NCBI GenBank assembly: GCA_036172245.1
Contig: JAYWIR010000113.1
Location: forward strand, 1-64,000
Direction: 5' to 3'
Source of the DNA: Raillietiella orientalis
Taxonomy: Eukaryota
Length of the DNA: 64,000 nt
Shown: piece after piece, positions 12,960 to 26,900 of the stretch
Numbering within the stretch: position 1 is the first letter of the stretch
Layout: each line of letters begins with the position of its first letter
Notes under the pieces: model-generated
The model's database searches: none
The model's input: the letters and a program-made list of their open reading frames with translations, nothing else
Told to the model about the DNA's origin: nothing
Program-made: the position numbers and the translations under genes

Positions 12960-14310
12960 CTCCATCGAAAGGGGAGGGATATTTGCAAAACCTTTCGTAT
13001 GTCGCTCTCTTGGCCGTGCAATTCGGCCTTGAGTTCTTCCGACGACTGGTGGAATGTGGCCTCCTCCATCTCATCCAGCTCATCTTGCGGCTCCCTCTGT
13101 TTCCTCAGAAGATTTGCGTGCGATCGTCGCGGCATCGTCGGATAGAAGTGGGCAATCTCTGCCTCGGTGGTGGCATCGGTTGTCTCTACACACTAAGGCC
13201 ACCAATCGTTGATGGAGATTTTCGCGGAGCCTTTCTTTGACGCGACGCCTTTTTGCCCTTTCTCGGAGCCTTTTTTGGAATTTCTATAGTCCTCACCAAT
13301 TGCCGTCGCTCACTCGCACCAGTTCCGTCGGTACGTCTCTCCCTTTGGAAGCGTTTGCCTGCTGGTTTGAGGATCCGGCATTCGCCTTTATACTTTTTTC
13401 ATACTGGGTTTGTTTTTCAGTTCTCACGCGCGTTTCGCCTTGTACTTCTCGAGCAGATGCGGGTACTGGTGTTTTTCTCGTGGAACATGCAATTTGCATG
13501 GGACCGTTTTCTCTGCAAACGCAGCATTCGCTTTCCCCGCTCCGTATCACCAGATGTCCCGGAGTTTCGCAATGCCCGCAGTATTTAGGCTTCCCATGCA
13601 CCAGACATCCACCGACTCGCTTTCGAACTTGATTTTGTGGGGAAGCTATTTATTTTCATCACCCGTGATGCGCGCGGTTGCCAGCTCGCTGAAGAGCCAA
13701 CCGAACTCTTCCAGTGCGTTCGGCTTGGTTAATAACGCGTATAGGGTGCCCAATTCCTGCGATTTCTCGTGCACTGTCTCTATTTTCATTTGAAGGGTGA
13801 ATCCCTTTACGTGCAACACCATTAATTGATCTTGTAAATAGGGTAAGACCTTGCGACTGTTGATCACGATCGGGTCCTTAACAAGCTCCGATCCAGACCA
13901 GACTTGCTTCTTGACAGATCAGCTCGATGCGGCGACTCTCACTCAGAAATGCCATTTCTTCAAGGTCTTCCTCCTTCACGTAAAGTCTCCGGAATTCCCT
14001 CGCGATCGCACGCGAGATATTCCCTTGCAATACGCAGCTTACCTCATATTTGAGGCTCGGGTTATAGACCTGTTCCTGATAGGTGGCTGATTCCCCTAGA
14101 GCTTCCTCGGATATTATTCAAACCACGCTGCTCCTGCTCCTCGCCTTCCGCGAAGAGGGCCTCAAAGAAGCGGCTGCCTCCGATTGCAGTGAGAAGGTGC
14201 TTCAAGTTCCATAGGGTCTATGCTTTTAGTACCGTGGATGGAAGAGAGGAACAGGACTCTTCTTTCCCTGCCTCCATCCTGGTGTCCTCAGGAATCTCTG
14301 CCATGGGACA
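12960..14310 (-). mobile_element. Degenerate ORF1 region of a related element
   Basis: YNPSLKYEVS near 14050; LATARIT; HGKPKYCGHCETPGHL (ORF 13293-13601). Confidence 0.65.
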
Positions 14311-14349
14311 CCGGCGAACCCACACAACACACGCCAACAACAAAGATAG

Positions 14350-14900
14350 CTTCCAAACGACCAGCTTGAGAAGCGATGCGCAAATACATCTGGACAGTAG
14401 GGGGTGTGGATGTCAATTGGCCTTGCTGCGGGGGAAGAAAAACCTTTCTCTACCTGCTCATGGACTCTGTCGCTATCCACTCAATTGGGAATGGACAATG
14501 GTCGTTCCTTGACTTTCCGGCTGACGACCCAAAAAACATTTTCGTTCGCCTCCTGATGCGGGACGCCTCGTCAGCAGCCGCATGTGTAGGAGTTTTCTCC
14601 TGCATAATCAGAATCCTGGACAAATGGAATGAGTCGATGAGAGGCTGCAACATCCGGAGAGCCATTCACTGAACAGCTATCTGAGTGGATAAAGATTCCC
14701 AATGGTGCCAGTTACGAACTTTACGTCCAGCACTTCTACGCATCCATATCCGGATGCGGAAAAGCACACGCTGCGAGCAGTGATTTCTTTTGTTTCTACT
14801 TCTCCTTGGAAAACATCGCCTTTTTTTCTTGTTTTTGTTTATTCATTTTTGAGGTTTTCCCTCTACATAGCCAACGAAGATGACCTCATCGTTCTGCCTG
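14350..14900 (+). mobile_element. Degenerate ORF2 C-terminus and 3' UTR remnant
   Basis: WT.GGVD..CCG....YLLMDSVAI resembles the zf region of other copies; followed by a T-rich tract. Confidence 0.55.
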
Positions 14901-17900
14901 TCAGTAACGACAAGTTCTCTTTGACAGGCAGAATCACCTATTCTGCCTGAATAAACTTAAAGACATTGCTATAAAGTTTTCTTCTATAACATTCAGGATT
15001 AAATGCTTTGTCATATCTATGTGAAAAACTTGTTCTAAGAACTGCACGCATTTCTTGTAAGTTCTTCTCAGAGTTAGCGGTTTTCGAGCTTGTCTCTGTT
15101 ATTGCGGCTGTTGAACGGCAGAAATGCATGTAAACACCGCTTGACCTACCAACGGAGACGTGAAACCAACGTTTCTTGACCTTCTTGACCTTGAAATTTT
15201 TTCTACTTCATTCTTTATGCCCAGTGTAGGCATAAAAGAAGGAATCCACGCCTACCTGCGTGACGAAATCTCGGCAGTTTTCCAAGTTTTTCATGGTCTC
15301 GAACGTGGTAGAGGTGTTGGCCCTACCTCCTTTTTCATTTTCCTGGTATCGCAGGAAATAGGCGATTGACTGTACCCAAATAAGGACTCTGTGAAAGCAA
15401 CTTTGTGCAGGACTCACAAATGCATTCTTGCTAACGTGAATGACCCATGGAATACGAAGAAAGCTTCCGGATCACTACGACCAGGCTGCAAAACTTCTCC
15501 CAGAGAGAAGAAAAGCCTCATAAAAACACATCACGTCATCTTGCGGTCGCTGTCTGCAGACATAACCACCGAACAGCGTTCATTAAGGCATGCAAGATAA
15601 GGGAATGTCGACCAGAACCGCCTGAATTCTAGTGACCTTTGCCCGTATCATCTTTGCGGATGCAAAAATTACAACGATTTCAGGCATCCACGTTCTCGGG
15701 GAGGAAAAGATGCAAAGTGAGCACCTAGAAATACTCTAGTAGTCCCGAGAGTATAGGACCTACTGTAGAACGAAGATGCATGTTAGACATACGACAACGC
15801 TCGCTCCGACTTCTGAGGATGATCCAAGTGCAGTCCGAACGCACCCTAATCAGATGCTTCCTCTTCTACCTCCCATATATCGGCTGCACTCTTTTTCCAG
15901 AAAGGAGGCGAACCCTCTCGCTGGCTTTGCACGCGCCTCGTTCTGCAGGACTCCTGAGCGACCCCGCACGCCCAACGCGCTCACCTTCACCGTCACAAGA
16001 CAAGCGCACTCGAGTGACGTCAGCCGCACGGAAAGAGTGCGACCGCTAGCCGCACTCTTGCGTCGGTCAGCAATGCACACCCTTCTTCCCGGAATCCACA
16101 ACGCACCGTTACCATCATCCTGCCACCCCTTCCTCGCCGTCAAGATCAGCACTCAGGGCATCAGCAAACCTATTTCGTGCCCTTACCTCCCACGCTTGCC
16201 CTAGTGACACGAAACCGGAGATGCGTCTATCTACTGCCTGCCTGGAAACAGCCGGTGCCTCGCGAGCGCATCCGCTGAAACTGCGTGAGCATTCACTGAC
16301 GTAGGGAGACAGATTGCTTCTCTTGCAGGGCGGCCGCAAGAGTCGATATGCTCGTCCGGTGGATGTCTATTAAGGGTACAGTCGTTTCGCAGCGCGCGCA
16401 TGCCACATTGCCGTCGACGGTCCACCTAATCTGTCGTGAGATCTCCTCAGCTTCGAGTTGCGCGGCTGCTGCAGTGGCTCGCTGCCTCACGAAGGAAAGA
16501 CAATCCGGAAAGCAGGTGATCGTAGCAAACACGAGCCATCCAGGTGGCACCATTTTCACTGAGTGTCCGACAGTTTCACTGAGTAGGCAATTTCACTCAA
16601 ACCACGTTTCTTCCTTGCCGAAATTTAAGCTGTGTTGCCATGGCGAGGTCACGATTGTTGGCCTTTCCGATTGTGTTGCTTCCTCTCCCTAGGCCGTTCT
16701 TTGGCCCCGTTTTTTGTTGCTCCCAAGACGGAAGCACAAATCCTTGAGTGCGAAGACTTCTCGGCTTGCATACAAGCCCTCCGGAGTGCGCGTTCATCGC
16801 CTAGATCCTGCCCTCAGGCCTCATGGTCGTGATGGCATCGGAGGTAAGTGACAGTGATCTCTGCTAGTGCAACTAGCGACTGATTTTCAGCAAGGGACAG
16901 CAGAGAATTCCATGCGAATCCAGACCCATGCCGATTTCCCCATTCTGTGCTCGTTAAAGAGAACCATCCGCAGCTTGTCTGTGCAGCACAGAAAGAGGCA
17001 AGCGGACATCGATGGACTGCAGAGAAGCTCGAAGTTGCTGCAAAAACCATCCAGAAGGGCGGTGAGAAAGCAGGAAATCAGATCGGTACGTGAACCGCAG
17101 CCGGATCTGAGACATTAACGAGTTGCGGTACTCTTTCTTACTCGAAAATGGGTATGTTCCAGGGGTTGACAGTAAAGGATGGAAGCCCCTCAGGACTGGA
17201 GACAAACCACAGAAGGACGGCAGAGGATGCTTACGCGAAACCGATTGAGGAGAACTGGAGACAGCGATGTCTGCGCATGCTTGAGGATAGCTTGGTGGAA
17301 GCAACGTGACTATCTGGCGGAGACAAGGTGGCAGTTGCAGGTTTCTGCCTTTGTTTTTCAGGAGTGGGGTCGCGACAGAGGACGAGAGTAAGCTCCGTCG
17401 GTGGGAGGAGATGCGCTTGGCATGCACGGATAATCTCTTGCAAGTGCTACAGGAGGAGGTAAATCTAAATGCAGCCTGCTGTGCTTTGCAGGATGATATC
17501 TCAGTAATCACAAACGCCAAGGAGGAAGAGCATGCATTGTTTGCCCAGAGAAGCAGATTCTGGTAAGTCGGCTGCAGGTGGTTACTTCTAGTGCCTTCAG
17601 CTGGTTGCTGGAACGCAGACTGTACGACAAGGAGTTGGCGGTCTTGACTTCCAATATGCCCAATACCGTTATTTCAAGTGTGGAAAGAAAGCTAAGGGAG
17701 GAGCTGAGATTTATGCGCTTTTGCATAACGATCATTAAGAGTTCCACAGCGAGGATCTTAAAAAATGAATTCGCAAACATTTTTTCCCTTCAATTGATGT
17801 GTGCGTCTAACTTTAAAACTACTTTCGAAGAGGTGCATGCTATCGAAAAGGTACAGCATCATAGAATCAGAATAGAAGCTGAGGATGAAAATTTCCGGAG

Positions 17901-19159
17901 GTTAGGACCTCTTCTCCATGAATTCTTTAACACATTCTTCACAGCAATATTTGCAATATGCAATTGGCCACTGCAATCCAGCAGTCGCGGGAAATTGTCG
18001 AAGAAAACAGAAAGGCATCCGAGACAATGGAAAGTATAGAGGAAACGAAGAGACAGGTGAGGGTAATCATCGCTTTTTCTCCGGATATACGTCGATGAAT
18101 TTTCCTCGTCCTTAGTGTAGCAACATCAACGATGGCCTCCTGGAGCACCTGAAGCACTTGAGGAATGCCCTTTTGTCAAAACTCCGAAGACGATGGCGAC
18201 TGGGCAGTTCCCTGGTCGGCCTGCACGAATACAACCAGCTCATGCTGAAAATGTTCCATGCCTTGGGTGCGTGCAGTAGTCAAAGGTGGGTGTGTCTTTC
18301 GACGCTGGTTCACGTGCTTACGGTCATCATAAGGATGGAAAGCTCTCGCTCATCCGTGCAGTATGCTGGCAGCACCGCTGATGCAAGAGCGCCGCGCGAG
18401 GAACAGTAGAGATTTGTCGGACGAGAAGCCGGGCACAAGAATGAGGAACCACGAGATCCTTGACCAATTGAGGAAAGCTTTTCAAAAATACCTCCAGAAA
18501 CCCTGCTCCTTGGATAAAGTTAAACGATGTTTAAACCTTGTACTGGAAGGTGAATCGTTTTGTCGCAGCCACAGACCCAAACTGCTCCTTGCCCCTGCAT
18601 GCTCCCTCGAACGACCGAAATATGTCTTGGCAACACAACGGTGTAATCCAGTGTGGTGTCGATGGTGATGGTTGAATGCTGTGAACTCGAGAGGGACAGG
18701 TTGCCACCCGTTTCTCTCAGAGCCACTACCGGGAGGACCACGCCGCTCGCAGTCGGTGCTGCAGCTTTACCGGAACCACCCTTCCGGTCACTGTGGCGTG
18801 GAGCTGGGTAGCTTCCTCTGCTGTGCTTCATGTATTTTTTATTTGACAAGGCAACGCGCAGACGGAAGTCCAAGGGTCGCCGAGCCGTTTGCTTTCAGCA
18901 GAACGCTCTATGTGTTCTCCGGCAGATCACATTACCCACAGTCGACCGTGCAGCCAGCCTCCTGTCTTTGCGCATTCCGGATTACAGCAGCTATCTCCTC
19001 CTTGGAGGGAGGTGCAATTGACGGTCAAGACACGCACTTTCGATCGGTTAGCGGTTGTCTCTTATTCTTACGGACGGCACTTCCTCCTGTAACGGTTGCC
19101 ACGTAGGGCAGACATACTCTGACGCCAGTTTCAAGGAGTAGCGGTGCAACTTCGTATCG

Positions 19160-19750
19160 TTTATTATCCGGGACGTTTATTAATAAAATCAACTGGAAAC
19201 TGTTCCTAGGTAGGGGAACCGAATGTGAAGGAGAGGGTTCCTGGCTTTGCTGCGCCACGACTTCCTGCAGCTGCATCCATGTACGCGCGAAATGATGTTC
19301 GCCTCCATGGATCGTCCCGGAACCGCGTAGGTTTGTTCCGGGCTCACCACAGATTCCGCGTTACTTTCCAACCGCGCGACCCACAGCTTCGAAAACAACT
19401 TGACGTCCGAGTTCACCAAGGTGATCGGACGCCAGTTGTTAAGTTGGCGCAAGTCTCCGCCTTTCGGCAGGAGACGCACCTTTGCTGAGCGGAATGAATC
19501 CGGGACATTCCTGGATTCACTCATCAGCGTCGCAAGTCTCAGCATCAAGAGAATGAGCTCCACTGCAAAGCACTGATAAAACTCTGCAGGGAGCCCATCC
19601 TCGCCTGGCGCCTTTCGTCTCTTCAGCCCAGCGATTGCGGACGAAAATTCATCCGCCGTGAAGGGCTCGTTGAGACGAAGTATTAGCGTCTCACAATGCG
19701 GCGTACTTCGGCTGGGGCCAAGCATTCCTGGCCCTTTTCGTCCAACAGGC
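19160..19750 (-). mobile_element. Family epsilon RT fragment with internal deletion running to a 3' end remnant
   Basis: KAPGEDGLPAEFY, NNWRPITLVNSD; very similar to 55560-56170; aataaacgtcccgg near 19165-19180. Confidence 0.75.
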
Positions 19751-20209
19751 GTCTCTAGCAGTCCTCTGCTGCGTGCGCGGCAGTGCAAAGGTGGCACGCA
19801 AGAAGGAGAGGCCCAAGATGCAGGGACGCCATCCACTGGACGACGATCTCTTAAGAGACGGCGACAAGGTAGCGTCTACCTCCAACAGTAAAAGCTGAAC
19901 TTGACTGCATCCTAAACGGGATGCAGAGGACCGACCCAGGCGCCCAGTGATCCCTTCCCTGCCCCCCCATCTCCCCATATAACTGTTTCCCTCCCCGTTA
20001 TTTCTCTTTTTGTTTGTTTTTGTTCAAGTTTTCCCTTCCCATGCGCCTCGGGAATGGACCTAACCGGTCTATGCACCGGCAAGCGACACGTCAAACAAGG
20101 TAAGAGAACCCAGTGTTTCCCCACAGAAAACATCTTTTTGAAGACTTTATTATCTAACTTTTTGTAAAAAATTAGAATTATAAATTCCCCTGCATATCCG
20201 GGTGACAAA
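19751..20209 (+). mobile_element. Short 3' fragment of a retrotransposon (eta-like UTR)
   Basis: tgatcccttccc motif, T-rich tract, ggacc..ccgg..ccgg motif, terminal cccctgcatatccgggtgacaaa. Confidence 0.7.
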
Positions 20210-22070
20210 CTTCGGCCGCGCCCGAGCACTCAAGGCACAGGTGGTCGAGCAGACAAGATGCTCCTAACTGCCAGACCTGGCGCTCGGCCTTGGCCTTGTA
20301 CACCGCAAGGTACCGGACGTCCGGGCATCGGGAGAATTGGCGGGCCTGCAGAAACTCTCTGCTGTTGGCCACGCCTTCCCCGAAGCCACGGGGAAGCAGG
20401 CGCAAGGGGAACCGGCTGCAGAATTCGCGGACCGATCTTTACAGGTCATCCCAGTCCACGAGCTCTCGAACGGCAAAGGTCCGGAGATGCTGGCGGAGGA
20501 GCTCCGCAGCCACCGGATTTCTTAACCAGTCGGCCGGCAACCTCCAGACGTGCGTCGGAGGGCCCTTGCCAGGCGGGAGTAGCTCAAACTCCTGCCTGTA
20601 GTGGTCGGAAAGCTCGGACGCCACGGGACCTCTGCGACCCACCCGACAATGCAGGTGATCGTCAAAAAACACATGGTCCGGCAAAGCACGCATCCCGGAA
20701 TCGTCGGCCAGCAAATTCGAGGAGTGCACGGATGCGCACACGTCGTTCACCACCCGTTTCTCCCGGAGACCGTGAGACTCCTCCGATAGCGCGTGGACGT
20801 TGAAATCCCCGGCTACGAGGTGAGCCACGTCGGGGCCGGAGTTGCTGAGCCAGCGGTTGCGCAGTCTCTCGAAAAACTCGAGTTTCTCGGTGCGACGCGC
20901 GGAGCCGCTCGGCACGTACACGTTCGTGACGACAAGGTTGATCGCTTCGGACCACTTGAGGACAAGTTGGCCCACACGAACTTCCTCGTCGAAACAAACG
21001 CTCCGCGCCGCTCCCGCCATACTGTCCCGGACAAGGAATGCGACTCTGCAGGTATTCTGGGAGCCTGACCTCCAATGGAGCGTCCCTCCTGCGCGAACTT
21101 GCAGATCGGCCAATTGCTGCTCGGAGAGTGCGTGAATCTCCTGCAGCAGGGCCAGATCCAAGTCGCGCAAGACGTTGGCAACCAATCGCCTCTTCTCGTT
21201 GTCCTGCAGCCAGTTGACGTTCCAAGAGGCCACTCGGACGCGACGGGAAGAAGCCAGACCGCGCATTGCTGCTACGGACATGGAGGTGCGTTCCTCGCCC
21301 CGTCCGGCGGCATCAGGAGGATGAGGTAGTGCAAGCGCTTCCTGTCCCTGTCGCACCGCTCGCGGCTGGCTCGTTGTAGTCAAGGACCATTGCCTCGGGC
21401 TCCGAGGAGCATCGGGAACCGTTCCTGGCATCAGGCTCTTGCCTGGCAAATTTTGGCTACCGCGAAGCCCTGGCCTTCACCGGGGCTTGGCGAGCCTTAG
21501 CGCTGCCCTCGGACTCCACCTCGGAGTCCGAATTGCGCGTGCGCGGCGGGCGTTTCGCCTGCCTCTTTTTTTGCTGGCAGCCCGGAGCTGGTCCAGCACT
21601 CTTAGAGGGTGCCTTCGTCGCCGATCCCCCTTTCGGGGTCACGGCTTCGGCTGCTCCCCTCTCGCCGCGGGTGTTTGCGGCGGCGCGCGCGGCGGCAGCA
21701 GAAACTTTTCCTTGCGCCTTTCTGAACGCACGGGGTTGCCTCTTCACCCCGCCTACCTTTTTGATCGGGAAGTGGGAAGGATCGCGCGGTTTGCGCTCCT
21801 TCTTTCCCCCGACGAAGGTCCAGCCATCCTCGCCGCCTTCCTGTTTGCCTCGGTTGGGCTCGAGGGCTTCCAGCGTCCTTCGCATCCTTTCCAAGCCCTC
21901 GGATACGGCGAAGCAGGCCAGTGTCTCCTTCGCCACGTCTGCCATCTGCACCTCCTTACCGGAAGGTGCGGGCAGAGTGGAGGGATTCTCGGAGGTCGCG
22001 CGAGGCTTTTGTGCCTTTGCTGGCGTTCGGCCCGCCGTGGCCGACTTGCCTGTCGCGAGCAAAGGAGCGC
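20210..22070 (-). mobile_element. Family epsilon-like element: ORF1 C-terminus and endonuclease
   Basis: ORF 20439-21449 (SWNVN, LLQEIH, GDFN, SDH), with a basic low-complexity ORF1 tail upstream. Confidence 0.85.
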
Positions 22071-22075
22071 GCGAC

Positions 22076-22101
22076 CCGCTTCGGGCGTTCCCGGGTGGCA
22101 A
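22076..22101 (+). mobile_element. Isolated 3'-terminal hairpin of a delta-type element
   Basis: cgcttcgggcgttcccgggtggcaa matches the delta 3' end at 47285-47311. Confidence 0.65.
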
Positions 22102-22211
22102 CACCAAATCCCCTTTGTGGAGAGAGTACGTGCTTTTTCTGCGCTCCTCCTGCGTGGCAAGGCGAGTGGTTTTCCCTTGAGTGGTTTGTGCGTTCACATC
22201 GTCGGTGTCCT

Positions 22212-23945
22212 ATGGCAGCGTTGCCAGAGGACACCGCGATGGAAGTAGGCGTGGGGAGGCTTGTTCGTCCCCACAGCCCACTGGATCAGAAGCATCCGCC
22301 TTGGAATCATCCCCGGCGGAGCCGAGGTCATGGAGCGCCATGGTGGCCGCGCCAAGCACGGAAACCTAGGCGGAGCAAGCGGCCTACAGGGCCTCAGGAT
22401 ATAAACCATCTCTCGTTTATAAGGTAGGACCCCTGTTTCATGGTCACTCCGGCCGGGCCTTCAGTAAGGCACTACAGGACTTCACTGTGAGAGAAGAGGA
22501 TGTTGACGGCCTCTCCGTACTCAGCGGGGGGCAGCGCGTGGAGGTCGTCAGCAAAGACGTGGCCTTAGCGCAGCGCCTTATTAGCACCCCGCTGAATGTG
22601 GATGGCCAAAAGATCCTACCGGTTAGCATGGACCGCTCCGTAGTGGTCCATCTAACCGGAATCACAAATCGGATGACGCGCTCGGCGGTGAATTCCGAAT
22701 TGATGAAATACGGAGAGGTACACGCGTTGTGGCCAAAGTTCACCATCTTCGAAGGGTTTCATAGCCATTTCGGAGGCCAGGCTGCAGCGCGTGTTACTGT
22801 CGATGAGGGTGCTGGGTTGCCCCACAAACTGGAGGTCGCGAAGGAATCCGTCGACCTCTGGTACGTGAAGAAACCCCACTATTGTAACTACTGCGATGCA
22901 GTAGGGCACTTGCGCAAGCGGTGCTTAAATATCGAGTGCCACTTGTGCGGGGTGAAGGGACAGGTTCGTCGCGTGTGCCACCTGCTGCCAAAGAGGCACA
23001 GGCAAAAAAAGGAAAAAAGGTCGAAAGACCTTACCACGAAACTGGACGGCCCCAGCCGCCATCTCCTGTTCCTCACACCCAGGCGTCGGAGGAAAAACCC
23101 GCTGAAGACGCGGGAGAGGAAGAAGGATGGAAGCTGGTAAAGGCCAGAAAAGAAAAAGAAAAAGTTCTCCCCGTGGAACCCGCGAGAGCGAAGAAAGGAA
23201 AGAGTGCGAAACCGAAAAAACCCCAGTCCGCGCTCGAAAACTCTTCTCGAGAGCACGGTGGCACTCGAACGGATTGCCGTTCCCGAGGCTGCCACTCGGG
23301 GCGACGAGCCTCCCCTCGCCGTTTCTGCCGCGCCCGAGGTTCGCGACGACGAATCCTCTGTTTGCACAGAGGGTGAGTCGCGCGAAGCACGCGCCGAAAG
23401 CGAAGACGCCGCGTTCGCGCAGGCGGCGGAGGAACCCGCGGCCACGCTGGCCGAGCGTGAAAACCCCTCACGCAAGGCCGTGCGAAGGCCCACTCCGGCA
23501 AAGAAGGCCCCCGCAGGTGAGTGCGACCTTGGGGCCGGAAGCACATTCTCCTCCTCGGAGGCATCCCTTGGAGGACGGGACGCAAGTCCCAGAAGCCGAG
23601 GATGCGCCTCCCCTCCACGAGCGAGGATGAGAAGACGGAAGCCGACGGTAGCTTTGGAATCCCGGAGGGGGTACTCCCACACGCAGAAGTCGTCGAGTCG
23701 ACCACCACCATAGAGGAGGGTGAGCAGCGGGCGAAGTCCCCCTTGCCGTCGCGGACCCTGCACAGCCCACCCCTATGGAGGAGGGCGAACAGGTAGGCAG
23801 GACCCCACCTGAGGGTGTCCCGCCCGACGCGCCTTCACTGTTGGAGAAGGGGGACCAGGTGCTCGAGGCAGCTGTCCCTCCTCCTTTACCTAACGTCCCG
23901 CCCCAACAGGTGACCGACTCCGCAGAGTGGATTTCACATGAATAG
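22212..23945 (+). pseudogene. ORF1 with two CCHC knuckles, disrupted
   Basis: MAALPEDTAMEV start; CNYCDAVGHLRKRC; CHLCGVKGQVRRVC; stops and frameshifts. Confidence 0.85.
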
Positions 23946-26900
23946 CACCTGGGCTCGCCTGTCGCCGTCGGATCCGCGTGGCCAGTTGGAACGTCAACGG
24001 GCTGCGCGACGACGGCAACAGACGAGATACGGCCGACACCCTGCGGGAGTTCGACCTAGCCCTGCTGCAGGAGATCCACGTGATCAGCTCAACAGACGTC
24101 CTGGAGTTCGGAACGATCGCGGGAGGTCGACAGTATTGGCGATGCGGCGCCCGCAACACCTGCGGGGTCGCGTTCTTCGTCAAGCCGGCCATCGACGCTG
24201 CCGTGAAGGGCGTACGCTTCGATAACGACGGTCGGGTCGGTCAGCTGATTCTCAGCTGGTCCGACTCGATCGAATTGATCGTCAAAAACGTGTACGCCCC
24301 AAGCGGTAAAAAGGGATACAGCGACCGTAACAGGTTGCTGGAGACCCTGGAGAGCGATTTGCTGGCCGACACGAATGTGCGGAAGGCACACCTGATAGCT
24401 GGAGACTTTAATCTCCGTCTGCTGTCAGGTGAGCCCGAAGCACAAGAACGCAGGGCCAACGAGTTGTGCGCTGCCATGCGCACGCGCAACTTGTTGGCAT
24501 ATGCGGAGGGAATGAACCGCAGCATCGAACACTTTTTCCTGGTTGCCGACCTGTGCTCACGGGTCCGCAAACGGGGGGAAGTTGCGTCGACGCTGTCGGA
24601 CCATTCCAGGATAATCGCCGAGGATTGCCGGAGCCACAAAGGACCCCCGTCCAGGGCGTGGCGGCTGCCTGGGGACTGGACGCGGCTCTCAGGAGCGAAG
24701 GAGCACCTACGCGAATTCCTGAGAGGCGTCACCCTCCGCAGTCTCAAAGATTGGGACCTCTTCAAGGCCTCGGTCCGCGAGTTCTGCAAGGAGTTCCCGC
24801 TGCACCGCTTGCCCCCCGGATTTGGGGAGGAAGCTTGGAAACATAGAGCCTATATGCAGGCCCGCCAATACGAGAGGACCCCCAATGTTTGTCGCCTGGC
24901 AGAATATCGAGCCGGGGCCGAGCGCCAAGCCTTGCAATCCGCGACGGCCAGCTTGCTGGACGACCAGGGCCGGGAGCGATCGGCCCCACCCGCGATCAGG
25001 CACCTTGTGCGGCATTATTATTCCTTCCTCTACGCTAGGGAATCCTCAGAGCGGGACGCATCACGGCTCCTGCTTCCGGACGGAGCCCTGGCAATAGGGG
25101 AAAAGAAAAGGATCAGCCTCGACGAGCCTTTTTCTAACGGTGAAATTCTCGCCTGTATTAAAAGGCTGAAGAGGCGTTAGGCGTCAGGGGAGGACGGACT
25201 GCCTGCGGAATCTTTTCGATGCTTCGCGGCAGAGCTGGCACCCCTGGTGCTTCAGTTGACCGGGCTGATCCGAGACGGAGGCGACGTTCCCGCCTCGTTT
25301 TGGTCAGCCCGTGTGAGGCTCCTCGCGAAGGGAGGAGACCTGAGATCCATAGGCAACTGGCGTCCGATGACAATTGTAAATACGGACGCGAATCTGGTCG
25401 CTGGACTGTGGGCTTTGCGTCTAAGACAGGTGGCAGACTCCATAATTAGCCCGGAGCAGACATACGCTGTTCCCGGGCGAAGTATTGATGCCAACCTGTT
25501 CTTCGAGAGCACGTGGTTCCATGTGCAGCGCTGCCTAAACGACGCTGGCAGAAAGATTGGCAGCCCCACTTTAGGGCCGCCAGCTGGGCTGAGAATGGAC
25601 ACCTGGGATGCGAAGGGGGCCCTGGCGATCGCGGTCGATCTGCATAAGGCGTTCGACTGCTTTGACCAGGAGCTACTGTTTTAGCTCCTGGGTAGCATGG
25701 GCTTCCCACCCTCCCTTCTCTGCTTCCTTCGCTCCTCCTGGCGCAACGCCATCGTCAACGATGCTTTTCTAGTCAACAGGTGTACGGCGTGCCGGTGCGG
25801 CTGGGCATACGGCAGGGCAATAGCCTCAGTCCCCTGCTCTTTAGCACCTACTTTGAGTTCGTGCTGAGAGCGTACAGGGTGACTTTGGATGCCCTGCCCA
25901 GCTCGTGCTTCGGCACGCCCGCTGTAGCAGCATACGCCGACGCCCTTCTGCTCATGTTGTTCATGTCCGCCCCGGCGGCCGCAGTCCAGGATTTCTTTGA
26001 CCGGCTAAGTCGTGGGACTGAACTTCGGGTAAACAAGCCGAAGTCGTCGGTCGTACCGGTGGGTGCGACGTAAGTCGGACGGCCTGAGTGGATCCGCCTA
26101 GGGATCAACGCGGCCAGGTACCTGAAGTACCTAGGTGTCCCGTTGGGGGACTTCTGCCTCGCAGAAGCCTGGTAAGGTCGTCTCCAAAATGTGGAGTTAG
26201 CAATCGGCACGTTCCTGGAAGGCAAGATCCTTCTGCCGGAACGGGCCGCGGTGTGGAACGCGTTCACGGCTCCCATCCTCCGCCGCCTGCTTTTTGTTTG
26301 CCCCGTCCCCTGTGACATTAAAAAGAGGACCAAGATCCTACTCCGCATCGCCCTCTGGGGCAGCGCGAGGCCACGGTTGCCTCCAGATAACTTATGCGCA
26401 CCTCGCCTGCACGGCAGTCTCGTCCTCGTGACGCTAAAGCGCCTGGAAATACAGCTGCGATGGCGCACCCTCGCTATCGCAGCGAAGTCGTGGAGCACCC
26501 CTTGGTGCGTTCCGGCCCGCATCTTCGCCTGCCGTGTGTCCAGGACGCTAAGACTCGGGTCGTACCTTCTGTGCTCTAGCAGGAAGCTCAGAAGATTTGG
26601 CCTTCTCCTTGGGCGCATGGAAGCCCTGATAAGAGACAACGGCTAACGGTATGCAGCCCTGCCAACTCCTCCGCCTGGAAGGAGGAAGCCGTTGCGACGT
26701 GGGCCAAGCCGAACCTCCAGACTTCCCCGGACTGGAACCGCCTGCGATTCCGCCCCAACGCCTGCTGCACACTGCGGACTACTCTGGATTGTCCCGTCAG
26801 GAGCACGTGGACGAAGACTACCCCTCTAGCATCGACCCTGCCCTTCCTACGAAGGGCTTTAACCAGCGGCCGCAAGCCAAAGTGGCAAGTCTCCTGCCAA

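Noticed and set aside
16980..17120. Possible helix-turn-helix or transposase remnant (RWTAEKLEVAAKTIQKG)
   Set aside because: The resemblance is too short and weak, with no supporting DDE domain or terminal repeats.
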